A DNA stretch of 64,000 nucleotides, from NCBI GenBank assembly GCA_046483495.1, contig JAWODC010000067.1, positions 64,001-128,000 of the forward strand, written 5' to 3'. Within the stretch, counting starts at the first letter, position 1. Every line of letters starts with the position of its first letter. The notes under the pieces are model-generated. The model had not been told where the DNA came from. It saw nothing but the letters and a program-made list of their open reading frames with translations, and did not search any database. The DNA comes from Desulfobacterales bacterium. Lineage in GTDB: Bacteria; Desulfobacterota; Desulfobacteria; Desulfobacterales; UBA5616. A program made the translations under genes and the position numbers. Shown one piece after another: positions 37,476 through 46,839 of the stretch.

Positions 37476-38741
37476 TTATATTATTGCGGCTTTTTTCATC
37501 GCCTGCATGTCATTTTTTGTGAATCCGAGTTCCTCCCGGTAAATTTCCTGATTGTGTTCACCCATCAGCGGTGCCCGGTTTTTGATCCGCCAAGGCGTTC
37601 GGCTGAGCTTGTACGGCGCACCCGGGTAGGTAATTGAACAGCCCAATTCCGGGTGGTCCACATCAACAAAATAGCCTCTTGTTTTCAGCTGGGCATATTC
37701 AACAAGATCCATGGGGGTCTGCACCGGGACCCACCCGAAATGGTGTTCGAACGCTTTTTTGTACAATTCAGCTTTCGTATGTGCCTTCAGGAAGGGCATT
37801 CGCAATTCTTGAAATCGGTCCAATTCCTCCTGGGTCAGTGCCTGGCTCAAAGAAAGAGTTCCCCCTTCGATCTGTTCCCAGATATCGATCAGACCGGCCA
37901 ATTCGGCAGCATCTTCTGCAAATCCGGCATCTTTTAACCATTGAACGAACACGTTTAAATCGTTTGGCGACCAGCAAGCCATATATCCGTCTTTGCAGGG
38001 ATAGACGGCCCGAACCACGCGGTCTCCCAAAGCCCGTGAACAGCCGGTCCGTTTGAAAATCAGTTTCTGGAGGTCCCAGCCCTGCTGGGTGGTATCCAGC
38101 GTATTGCTCACCGCCTCCTGCATGGAAACATCCACATGCTGACCCTCGCCTGAAGTCTCGCGGTGGTAGTGGGCCACCATCGTACCGGCGGCAGCTTGAG
38201 CGCCGGCCTGGGCATAGGCCTGCTGCGCACTGACACGAACGGGCGGGCGATCCGGATCCCCCATGAGGTACATCAACCCCCCCATGGCTAAGGCGGTAAT
38301 GTCCGAAGATTTATATTCCGCATACGGGCCGCTTTGGCCGTAAGGGGTAATGGATGTCATGACGATGCGTGAATTGGTGCGGTTTAAATCGTCGTATCCC
38401 ATCCCCATTTTTTCCATGAATCCCGGATAGAAGCACTCGATAACGAAATCCGCTGTTTGGGCCAGTTTTTTAAAAATCGATTGTCCTTCCGGTTTCGTTA
38501 TATCGAGCGTAATGCTTCGTTTGCTGGTATTGAACGTGAACCAATAGAGGCTCTTTTCCGGATCGGGAATATCATGGTAAAAGGGGCCTATCTGTCGCAT
38601 GGCATCCCCTCCGGGGGGTTCTATCTTTATAACGTCCGCTCCTAGATCGGCTAAAATTCTGCCGCATAGGACGCCGGATTCATCACTCAAGTCCAGAACC
38701 CGGAAGGGCTCCAGCAGGGTATTCGGCGGAGTGTTGCCCAT
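37476..38741 (-). CDS. Family III CoA-transferase (subunit apparently lacking the catalytic Asp)
   Basis: RVLDLS, LADLGADVIKIEPPGGD, SITPYGQSGPY, QQAYAQAG where Asp is expected, and APLMGEHN; start trimmed to MGNTPP. Confidence 0.92.
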   Translation of the reverse strand: MGNTPPNTLLEPFRVLDLSDESGVLCGRILADLGADVIKIEPPGGDAMRQIGPFYHDIPDPEKSLYWFTFNTSKRSITLDITKPEGQSIFKKLAQTADFVIECFYPGFMEKMGMGYDDLNRTNSRIVMTSITPYGQSGPYAEYKSSDITALAMGGLMYLMGDPDRPPVRVSAQQAYAQAGAQAAAGTMVAHYHRETSGEGQHVDVSMQEAVSNTLDTTQQGWDLQKLIFKRTGCSRALGDRVVRAVYPCKDGYMACWSPNDLNVFVQWLKDAGFAEDAAELAGLIDIWEQIEGGTLSLSQALTQEELDRFQELRMPFLKAHTKAELYKKAFEHHFGWVPVQTPMDLVEYAQLKTRGYFVDVDHPELGCSITYPGAPYKLSRTPWRIKNRAPLMGEHNQEIYREELGFTKNDMQAMKKAAII

Positions 38742-38891
38742 CGGAAATCCTTTCTGTAGTTGGTGTTTGCATCGGGTAGGTATACCGGATGTATTCCAAA
38801 AAAGTTTTGTCGAAGATATGACAAGCGGCACACGCGTTTGCATGGGGGTGGCTGATGCCGCAGCAATAGGCTGTCTACTCCGGTATCATGT

Positions 38892-38917
38892 CGGCGGTGG
38901 AAAATCTTTCACCGCCG
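38892..38917. terminator. GC-rich hairpin downstream of the GYD gene
   Basis: CGGCGGTGGAA-aatc-TTTCACCGCCG stem; no clear U-tract. Confidence 0.4.
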
Positions 38918-38969
38918 TCCGGATGTAAAAAATACAAACTTTTTTTGTGAATAGAACCGCTGAAAGCGG

Positions 38970-39251
38970 CTATTCGGTCATCACACGGTCAAATGCCTCG
39001 ATGGTGATTCCGGGGCACGTGCTGAATGAAACACCGGTTAATTGCGTCAGGGCTACCGATGCCTTCATTGCAGATTCGATATCCGGTAAATCGACACAGA
39101 ACATCAGGTCATACTCTCCGAGCAGTGCGTGCATGGCAATCACTACTCCTCCGAGCTTTTTGATTTCCTCGATTCCTTTTTGGGTCCTGGTGATGCTGAT
39201 GTCTTTGACCGTATCGGCATTGTATTTGCCGAACATAAAAAAAGTTGCCAT
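38970..39251 (-). CDS. GYD domain protein
   Basis: 93 aa with LLGEYDL motif; RBS GGAGG before MATFF. Confidence 0.8.
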   Translation of the reverse strand: MATFFMFGKYNADTVKDISITRTQKGIEEIKKLGGVVIAMHALLGEYDLMFCVDLPDIESAMKASVALTQLTGVSFSTCPGITIEAFDRVMTE

Positions 39252-39487
39252 TTGGAAGTGCCTCCCTTCCAAATCAAACGGTGAGGTGTCGGGTGTCGGT
39301 GGTCAGCGGAGTTCTTCATATTCGCATCAACTTTTTTATTTAATCAAAAAAGGCCTTTCAAGTCAATATAATCCATTTCAAATCTCCCGATCCCTTTCCC
39401 GTCCCGCCCGTCGCGCTCGTCTCGTCGTTTCCGGCCAACGCAAAAATAGAGACAATTGCCCATTGCCGGATGAACAAAAGGTAATAT

Positions 39488-39517
39488 TTGACTTGGGATT
39501 TCCTTTTCCGGTATAGT
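39488..39517 (+). promoter_or_regulatory. Putative sigma70 promoter
   Basis: TTGACT-N18-TATAGT upstream of the PIG-L gene. Confidence 0.45.
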
Positions 39518-39580
39518 CTGTTTCCGATCCGGCTGAAATCCAACCCCATACCCGTTGATTGACGGTTCGGCTGAGAATGT

Positions 39581-40444
39581 ATGACCGGCATGCACGATCG
39601 AATACATTATCATGACTTCACCCTGATGGCCGTTCACGCACATCCGGATGATGAATCCATCGGCACCGGCGGAATATTGGCCAAATATGCATCTGAGGGT
39701 GTACGGACCGTTGTCGTTTATTGTACGCGGGGCGAGGAGGGGGATATTATCAATCCGGAATTCGTTTTGCCCGATCCTGCCATGTCCATGATCGATGTTC
39801 GAATGCAGGAGCTCGGTAAGGCCCTTGCGGTCCTGAAAGTCGGTTCCGTCTATTTTCTTGGATATCGCGATTCGGGCATGGCGGGAAGTCCAAAGAACAC
39901 CAACCCGTCGGCATTCGCCATGGCTGATGTTCAAAAGGCTTCAGGCCGCCTGGTGGACATCATCCGCGAAACACGGCCGGATGTTATAGTAACCTATAAT
40001 GAAAAGGGGCTTTATGGTCATCCGGATCACATCATGGCAAATAGAATAACACAAGCCGCGTTTCATGCGGCCGGGAATCCCGAATGCAGCGGGGAAAAGG
40101 CGCTGCCTGTCTGGCAGCCGAAAAAACTGTATTACACGGCCCTTTCCCTGAACCGGATGCGGGAAATGCAGCGGATCGCCCAAGAGCGGGGGGAAGATCT
40201 CGGGCTGGATCCCGATTTACTAGGGACACCGGATGACCGGATTACGACATGTATTGACGTGGAAGCCTTCCTGCCGAAAAAATTTCAGGCGCTGTTCTGC
40301 CATCGAAGTCAGGTCGGGCCGGATATTTTCTTCAAGCAGGTGCCTCGACATCGGGTTAACGCCTTTTTCAAGTATGAATATTTTGTATGCATTTCAGGCT
40401 GCAAAAAGACATTTGGCGAAAAAGACTTGTTTGAAGGAATTTGA
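39581..40444 (+). CDS. PIG-L family deacetylase/amidase (MshB/Mca-like)
   Basis: VHAHPDDE, CTRGEEG, LGYRDSGM, YGHPDH and HRSQ. Confidence 0.9.
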   Translation: MTGMHDRIHYHDFTLMAVHAHPDDESIGTGGILAKYASEGVRTVVVYCTRGEEGDIINPEFVLPDPAMSMIDVRMQELGKALAVLKVGSVYFLGYRDSGMAGSPKNTNPSAFAMADVQKASGRLVDIIRETRPDVIVTYNEKGLYGHPDHIMANRITQAAFHAAGNPECSGEKALPVWQPKKLYYTALSLNRMREMQRIAQERGEDLGLDPDLLGTPDDRITTCIDVEAFLPKKFQALFCHRSQVGPDIFFKQVPRHRVNAFFKYEYFVCISGCKKTFGEKDLFEGI

Positions 40445-40468
40445 AAACCGGGAAAGGGGGTACAGGAC

Positions 40469-40990
40469 GTGAGCACCATAACCTACTTTAAGCGGGCCTT
40501 GAAGGATATGCATGGCAACTATGTGGATGCGGTCAAGGATCTAACCGATGAACAGCTTCATTTCAGGCCGCTGGACAAGGGGCACCACATCGCTTTCGCC
40601 CTCTGGCATGTGGTCCGAACAGAAGACATGGTGATCAATTTTCTACTGCAGAAAAAAACACCCGTTTGGAATGCCCGGGAGTGGGACAAAAAGCTGGGTA
40701 TGGATCCTCAGGCTCAGGGCACAGGGATGAACGCGGAGCAGGCGGCTGCCGTAAGGATATCCAGCCTGCCGGATTTTCTGGCGTATATGGATGCGGTCGG
40801 CAAGGAAACAGACGCATACCTGGATACGTTAAAGGATGAAGATCTGGATATCGTAAACGAACTGCCGGTTCTCGGAAAGAGAAGCCTCTGCGAGGTGATC
40901 GGCGGCATTGCGCTGGTCCATGCAGCCGAGCATCTTGGGGAGATCTGGTACATAAAGGGCCTTTTGGGATTGAAAGGCAGTGCGATGTAA
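40469..40990 (+). CDS. DinB/YfiT family protein
   Basis: IAFALWH and H..EH.GEI metal-triad pattern of DinB four-helix bundles. Confidence 0.85.
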   Translation: MSTITYFKRALKDMHGNYVDAVKDLTDEQLHFRPLDKGHHIAFALWHVVRTEDMVINFLLQKKTPVWNAREWDKKLGMDPQAQGTGMNAEQAAAVRISSLPDFLAYMDAVGKETDAYLDTLKDEDLDIVNELPVLGKRSLCEVIGGIALVHAAEHLGEIWYIKGLLGLKGSAM

Positions 40991-41008
40991 TCGAGAGCGG
41001 CGGGCGGA

Positions 41009-41030
41009 TCCGGGGGACGTTTCCCCCGGA
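41009..41030. terminator. Hairpin between convergent genes
   Basis: TCCGGGGGA-cgtt-TCCCCCGGA, perfect 9-bp stem. Confidence 0.55.
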
Positions 41031-41041
41031 CCGTGTCGATC

Positions 41042-42058
41042 TTACCTGAGCATCTCGAGAGCGAGCTTAGCCAGCCGGAGCAGCCGGTTTTTGAAGAAAA
41101 CGGGATCGATATCGCCGGTGTCTCCCATAACGCCTTCCACATACCGGCGATAAACGCCCTGGCTGATGGCGGCCAGACGCCAATAGGAAAGCGCCCGATA
41201 ATAATTGATGCCTCCGAGATTCCTGCCGGTGGTCTTTTCATAGTAATCGGTCAATTCATCCCGGGAGGGAAATCCACCCACGGCGGTAGGTGCGCCGTCG
41301 CCCTTGCCCAGTTCCACTTCATCGGCCGTATACCACCAGTTCAACAGGTACCCTACATCCGCCAGAGGATCTCCCAGGGTGCATAGCTCCCAATCGAGGA
41401 TAGCGGCGATTCGGTAATCCTTTACAATGAAATTGCCGATGCGGTAATCACCGTGGGCGATGACGGCGCCGATCTGTTCCGGCATGTTTTCCTTGAGAAG
41501 TCTCCCGACTTCATCCATTTCCGGTACTTCTTCGGTTTTTGATTTTTCCCACTGCTTGGTCCACCGGTGAACCTGACGCGCAACGTAGTCTTCTTTTTTG
41601 CCCAGATCACCGAGCCCCACATCATCCGGGTTGACCCTGTGCAGTTTAACCAGGTTTTCAATAACGTCGAACCCCAGTTCCCGGCGCCGGTTCTCGGGAA
41701 TGTCCACGGCATCGATGGAATCCGCATAAACACGCCCCTCGACAAATTTCATCACATAAAAATCGGCTCCGTTTACATCCTTATCCGTGCAGAGGCCGAG
41801 CGCGGGCGCCACCGGTATATCCGTCGGCCCCAGGGAAGAAATGATTTTGTGTTCACGACCCATGTCGTGGGCGCTTTCCAATACATGCCCTAAAGGCGGA
41901 CGCCGCAACACATAACCCTTTTGATCGGCGTCCATTACTTTGTAGGTGATATTTGAGCGGCCACCCGCGATCATCTCGAACGAAAGCGGCGCGACGACGC
42001 CGGGAATATGTTCCAAAAACCACTGAGTCACATTTTCTGCATGGATTCCCTCAACCAT
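41042..42058 (-). CDS. APH-family phosphotransferase (ACAD10/11 kinase-domain-like)
   Basis: GGRSNITY, VLRRPP, AHDMGRE, HGDYRIGN and LDWELCTLGDPLAD; start trimmed to MVEGIH. Confidence 0.9.
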   Translation of the reverse strand: MVEGIHAENVTQWFLEHIPGVVAPLSFEMIAGGRSNITYKVMDADQKGYVLRRPPLGHVLESAHDMGREHKIISSLGPTDIPVAPALGLCTDKDVNGADFYVMKFVEGRVYADSIDAVDIPENRRRELGFDVIENLVKLHRVNPDDVGLGDLGKKEDYVARQVHRWTKQWEKSKTEEVPEMDEVGRLLKENMPEQIGAVIAHGDYRIGNFIVKDYRIAAILDWELCTLGDPLADVGYLLNWWYTADEVELGKGDGAPTAVGGFPSRDELTDYYEKTTGRNLGGINYYRALSYWRLAAISQGVYRRYVEGVMGDTGDIDPVFFKNRLLRLAKLALEMLR

Positions 42059-42094
42059 TGTAGCCCTCCTCGGTATGCATACGTTATTGAACTG

Positions 42095-42237
42095 GTGCCC
42101 ATCCAGAAATGGCTGATTCACTTCATTTCTTGGTCGGCCGGGAAATTTTAATCCTCAAAATACGTTAAGTATTCTCACGGTTACAATTTCCCGGCCGCCT
42201 TGAGCTGGAGCGAATTTTCTCATTTCCGGATGAACAC
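42095..42237 (+). repeat. ~143-bp palindromic dispersed repeat, complete copy
   Basis: GTGCCCATCCAGAAATGG ... CATTTCCGGATGAACAC-TA; inner stem GGCCGGGAAATT / AATTTCCCGGCC; core AATCCTCAAAATACGTTAAGTATT. Confidence 0.92.
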
Positions 42238-42449
42238 TAACCGGTTCATCCTGCCACGCTGCCGGTACACCATCCTTACTGATTAAATGCACGCCCGTCA
42301 ATATGTATGCCAATAAACCGGAATCCTTATCCATATAAAAATCAGTGCCGGTTTAAAAAAAATGGCGTGCTTTTCATCAATCGATGCTTCCGATGCCGAA
42401 CCCGATCCTCATGGTGCAGCCTTCGGGCAATCATGCCGCCGATCGATGT

Positions 42450-43811
42450 TTATTGTTTTTTTCGGACGTGGGCCGGTGCAACCCGGTTCGGGTCTTGAAA
42501 GTACTCCCGGGTGGAACGAACAACAACAGGGCTCAACAGAATGAGGCCGACCAGGTTCGGCCAGGCCATCAGGGCGTTGAAGATATCGGAGATCGTCCAT
42601 ACCAGTTCCAGCTTAATGGCGGCCCCGACCGGCAAAAGCGTGCAGTAGAGCACCCGGTAAGGGGAAACCCATTTCTCTCCGAACAAGTAATCGACGCACC
42701 GGTCTCCGTAGTATGACCAGCTTACGGCTGTTGAGAAAGCGAATAGCATAATGCCGAAGGCCACCGTATATCCGCCGAAAATGCCGAGCCCCAGATCGAA
42801 ACCTCTGGCCGTGAGTTCGGTTCCGGTAAGGCCTGAATCATAGGCGCCGGTGGAGATGATGACAAGGCCCGTCATGGTGCAAATCGTCAGTGTGTCGATA
42901 AAAGGCCCCAGCATGGCAACGAGGCCCTCCCTTACCGGCTCCTTGGTTTGTGCGGCGCCATGGGCGATAGGGGCGCTTCCCAACCCCGCTTCATTTGAAA
43001 ACAGGCCCCGGGCAATGCCGAACCGGATGGCCTGGGCTACGCCGGCTCCTGCGAAACCGCCCATGGCCGATGTGCCGGTGAATGCGCCTTCGAAAATAAG
43101 AGAAAAGGCCTGCGGGATGAATTCGATATGGCGGACGATGATGATCATCGCGCCCAACACGTAAAAAAAACACATAAATGGCACGAGTCGGGATGCGACC
43201 CGGCCGATTCTTTTAATTCCGCCGACGATGACGGCAAACACCAGGCCTGCAATAGCAAGGCCGGTGATTATTTTCGGTACGCCGAAATAGGCCTGAACCG
43301 GTTCGGCAACGGAATTCGCCTGGACCATGTTGCCGATGCCGAAAGAGGCTACAATCGCAAAAAATGCAAACAGAACAGCCAACCATTTTTTCCCCAGTCC
43401 GTTTTGCAGATAATACATCGGGCCGCCGCCGACCGTCCCATTTTCGTGGATAGTTCTGAACTTCAGGGACAGGAGACATTCGCCGTATTTCAGACTCATG
43501 CCGAACACGGCCGTCACCCACATCCAAAACAAGGCCCCAGGACCTCCCAGGGCGATTGCAGTTCCGACACCGGCGATATTGCCCGTTCCGATAGTAGCGG
43601 AAAGGGCGGCGCTCAGCGCCTGGAAATGGGTGATTTCCCCTTCGTCCTCCGGATTGTCATATCGCCCGGATATCAGCCCCCAGGCATAGAAAAATTTCCG
43701 AATCTGAATACCCCGAACCATGAGCGTAAGTAAACATCCCGTACCCAGCAGCAAAATTATCGTGACCGGCCCCCAGGCCAGTGCATCGATTTTATTCAAC
43801 CATGCACTCAT
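42450..43811 (-). CDS. Alanine/glycine:cation symporter (AGCS family)
   Basis: ATIGTGNIAGV, GGPGALFWMW, GGPMYY, FSNEAGLGSAP and FIDT; polytopic membrane protein. Confidence 0.95.
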   Translation of the reverse strand: MSAWLNKIDALAWGPVTIILLLGTGCLLTLMVRGIQIRKFFYAWGLISGRYDNPEDEGEITHFQALSAALSATIGTGNIAGVGTAIALGGPGALFWMWVTAVFGMSLKYGECLLSLKFRTIHENGTVGGGPMYYLQNGLGKKWLAVLFAFFAIVASFGIGNMVQANSVAEPVQAYFGVPKIITGLAIAGLVFAVIVGGIKRIGRVASRLVPFMCFFYVLGAMIIIVRHIEFIPQAFSLIFEGAFTGTSAMGGFAGAGVAQAIRFGIARGLFSNEAGLGSAPIAHGAAQTKEPVREGLVAMLGPFIDTLTICTMTGLVIISTGAYDSGLTGTELTARGFDLGLGIFGGYTVAFGIMLFAFSTAVSWSYYGDRCVDYLFGEKWVSPYRVLYCTLLPVGAAIKLELVWTISDIFNALMAWPNLVGLILLSPVVVRSTREYFQDPNRVAPAHVRKKQ

Positions 43812-44281
43812 TCATTTCCCCCTTTTCTCGATTAACAGTTGGACGGGTCATTTGAAAGGCAACGGTGGCGGATATTCTTCAAGCACCTGCGGGTCTCAGC
43901 GATATCCGGTATCACGGACATTCAAAGATTGTCAAATCGTAATGCTGAATACCGAATACAGGAATATTTTATACTTGCCTAAACAGGGGGATTGGGTAAT
44001 AAGGGAGGACATCGATGCATACCAACAGGGTTTCGGAAAGGATGATTCATGGTACGACTTGAAATGTTCTTAATCATACCGCAAAAAGGCCGCAGGCGTG
44101 CGATTATGCGGTGTTTGGAAAGGTCGTCAAGGGGCGCGGCGTTTTATAAAATCAAAGCTGTCGACACAGGGGTCAGGGACGGTCACAGCGAGTTTCCCGT
44201 CCAGCCGGTCGACATCATAAACGTGCAGGAAGTGGAAGAAGTCTGATCGATTTTTTTCAACAGAGAAAGGAGGCTGGTCCT

Positions 44282-45472
44282 ATGCCGTTTGAACCGTCTG
44301 AAAAGCTGCAGGCAATTCTGGATCTGATTAACGAATTCGTGGACAAAGAGCTCATCCCCATGGAGAAGGAAATCGAGGCAAAGGGATTCAACGCCATGGA
44401 AAAAGAGCTGGAAAAAAAGCGGGACATGGTCCGGAAGATGGAACTGTGGGCTCCGCTTCATCCCAAGGCGTATGGCGGCATGGGGCTGCCGCTCATGGAG
44501 ACGGCCATGATTTACGAAGCCCTGGGAAGGACCCCTTTCGGTCTTTATGTATTCGGCTGTCAGGCGCCGGATGCGGGGAATATCGAGATTCTGCACAAAT
44601 TCGGAACACCGGAGCAAAAGGAAAAGTACTGCCGTCCCAATGTGGAGGGGAAAATACGGTCCTGTTTTTCCATGACGGAAGTGGATGTAGCGGGTTCGAA
44701 TCCGACATGGCTGTTGACAACGGCCGTCAAGGACGGGGATGATTATGTCATCAACGGCCACAAGTGGTATACGTCCTGTGCTGATGGTGCCGCCTTCGCC
44801 ATTGTTATGGCCGAAACCAATCCGGAGGCCGAGTCTCCCCATCGCCGGGCCAGCATGATCATTGTCCCTACGAATGCCCCGGGATTCAATCTCGTCCGCA
44901 ATATTTCGGTAATGGGGCATGTCGGCGAGGGGTGGACGAGTCATGGTGAAGTGCTGTACCAGAACTGCCGTGTACCCAGGGAAAACCTGCTCGGCGGTGA
45001 AGGCATGGGGTTCGTGCTCGCCCAGGAGCGGCTGGGCCCGGGCCGCATTCACCATTGCATGCGCTGGATCGGCATCTGCAACCGCTGCTTCGATTTGATG
45101 TGTTCATACGCCAAAAAACGGCGCCGAACGCCCACACAGGTGCTGGCCGATTCAGACATTATCAAAACGTATATCGCCGACAGCGCGGCTGATATTCTGT
45201 CCGCCCGTCTGATGGTGTTGAACACGGCCTGGACGATTGAAAACAAAGGTGTGAAAGCCGCCATGAAGGATATTTCCTTGATAAAGTTCTTTGTCGCCAA
45301 CGTCTTGCAGCGGGTGACCGACCGTGCACTTCAGGTCCACGGCGGGCTCGGCATGTCCGATGATACGCCCATTTCGATGTACTACCGTGAAAATCGTGCA
45401 GCCCGCATATACGACGGGGTGGATGAGGTGCACAAGATCAGCGTGGCCAGAAGAATCTTAAAGGAATACTAA
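44282..45472 (+). CDS. Acyl-CoA dehydrogenase (ACAD10/11-like subfamily)
   Basis: APDAGNIE, FSMTE, INGHKW, QERLGPGRIHHCMR and RIYDGVDEVH. Confidence 0.93.
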   Translation: MPFEPSEKLQAILDLINEFVDKELIPMEKEIEAKGFNAMEKELEKKRDMVRKMELWAPLHPKAYGGMGLPLMETAMIYEALGRTPFGLYVFGCQAPDAGNIEILHKFGTPEQKEKYCRPNVEGKIRSCFSMTEVDVAGSNPTWLLTTAVKDGDDYVINGHKWYTSCADGAAFAIVMAETNPEAESPHRRASMIIVPTNAPGFNLVRNISVMGHVGEGWTSHGEVLYQNCRVPRENLLGGEGMGFVLAQERLGPGRIHHCMRWIGICNRCFDLMCSYAKKRRRTPTQVLADSDIIKTYIADSAADILSARLMVLNTAWTIENKGVKAAMKDISLIKFFVANVLQRVTDRALQVHGGLGMSDDTPISMYYRENRAARIYDGVDEVHKISVARRILKEY

Positions 45473-45504
45473 AGATACCATAATCACTTCTTCCGGGTTT
45501 CTTT

Positions 45505-46131
45505 ATGAATATCGGACTGATCGGAATACAGGTCGTCGCACTTTTTATGGCGCTGACCTTCCACGAGTTTGCCCACGGGTGGGTCGCCCGGAAGCTGGGT
45601 GACAGAACGGCTGAAGCCCAGGGACGGCTCACTTTGAATCCCATGGCTCATATCGATCCGTTTGGAACAATTCTGGTTCCGGCGGCATTGATCCTGATGC
45701 ATTCCCCGGTCGTTTTTGGATGGGCCAAGCCGGTTCCCATCAATCCGGGAAGCTTTCGGAAGCCCAGAAAAGGGATGATGTGGTCTGCGCTGGGCGGGCC
45801 GGTTATCAACCTGGGCCTTGCCGCCGGATTCGCGGTGCTGTTCAAGACGATGCTGTACTCCGGCATGATGATTAAGCCCGCCCTGATATTTCTGATTGTC
45901 GCTGTTCAGCTCAATGTGTTTCTGGCGATGTTCAACATGATTCCCATTCCGCCCTTGGATGGCGGGAGGGTTCTTGTAGGACTGTTGCCGGCTGAACAGG
46001 CATACGCCTACAGCAAAATAGAACCCTATGGATTCTTGATTGTCCTGGGGCTGATTTATTTTGGTGTTCTGGACCGTTTTTTGTTTTATCCCGTTGTTAT
46101 GATTTTGCGGTTTCTTGGCATCAGCTTATAG
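45505..46131 (+). CDS. Site-2 protease (M50 family)
   Basis: HEFAH, GRLTLNP, FGWAKPVP and FNMIPIPPLDGG. Confidence 0.93.
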   Translation: MNIGLIGIQVVALFMALTFHEFAHGWVARKLGDRTAEAQGRLTLNPMAHIDPFGTILVPAALILMHSPVVFGWAKPVPINPGSFRKPRKGMMWSALGGPVINLGLAAGFAVLFKTMLYSGMMIKPALIFLIVAVQLNVFLAMFNMIPIPPLDGGRVLVGLLPAEQAYAYSKIEPYGFLIVLGLIYFGVLDRFLFYPVVMILRFLGISL

Positions 46132-46146
46132 CCGAAGCCCATACAC

Positions 46147-46839
46147 GTGATCGAAAGGAATGAAATCATGAATATCATCGAGGCCATTGAAGCGCGAAAA
46201 AGTATTCGAGGTTTTACCTCCCAGCCGGTTTCCAAAGACATTCTGAAAAAGATCCTGGAAACGGCCAACCGGGCGCCATCCGCCATGAATACCCAACCGT
46301 GGGAATTTCTGGTGATGGGTGGTGATGTGCTGGAAAAGGTCAGAAATGCCAATTCCGAGAAACTCAGGTCCGGTGTCGCCCCTCATGGTGAGCATTCAGT
46401 GACCGGATGGTCGAAAGACAGCATCTATCGCACCCGGCAGGTGGAGTTGGCCGTCGAATTATTCAAACTCATGGGTATCGCCAGGGAGGATAAGGAAAAA
46501 CGCCTTCTCTGGATGGAGCGGGGATTCCGCTTTTTCGATGCGCCTTCCGCCATCCTTTTATTGACGGATAAATCCCTTGCTGAAGACACCCCGCTGATCG
46601 ACATCGGTATCGTTATACAAACCATCTGCCTTGCCGCGCTGCATTACAATCTCGGCACCTGCATCGAGGACCAGGGTTGCCTGTATCCGGATTCCTTGAG
46701 AGAAATTGCCGGCATACCGGACAACAAGCGCATCGTCATGGGAATTGCCATTGGGTATCCGGATTGGGAATTTCCGGCGAACGAGATAAAAACGAACCGC
46801 GTATCTGTCGAGGAAAACACGATGTGGCGGGGGTTATGA
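46147..46839 (+). CDS. Nitroreductase family protein
   Basis: RKSIRGF, APSAMNTQPW, LGTC and IAIGYP; start 46147 or 46168. Confidence 0.92.
   Translation: MIERNEIMNIIEAIEARKSIRGFTSQPVSKDILKKILETANRAPSAMNTQPWEFLVMGGDVLEKVRNANSEKLRSGVAPHGEHSVTGWSKDSIYRTRQVELAVELFKLMGIAREDKEKRLLWMERGFRFFDAPSAILLLTDKSLAEDTPLIDIGIVIQTICLAALHYNLGTCIEDQGCLYPDSLREIAGIPDNKRIVMGIAIGYPDWEFPANEIKTNRVSVEENTMWRGL

Noticed and set aside
38825..38845. Sigma54-like GGCAC..TTGC
   Set aside because: GG-to-GC spacing is one base too long and it points away from the adjacent gene
39525..39580. TPP-riboswitch-like words (GGCTGAAA, ATACCCGTTGA, CTGAGA)
   Set aside because: The downstream ACCTGA..TAAT..GCG.AGGGA half is absent and the gene context is unrelated
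43812..44281. Glycine riboswitch upstream of the AGCS symporter
   Set aside because: Expected from context, but the GGAGA..CCGAAG..CTYTCAGG pattern is not visible on the minus strand
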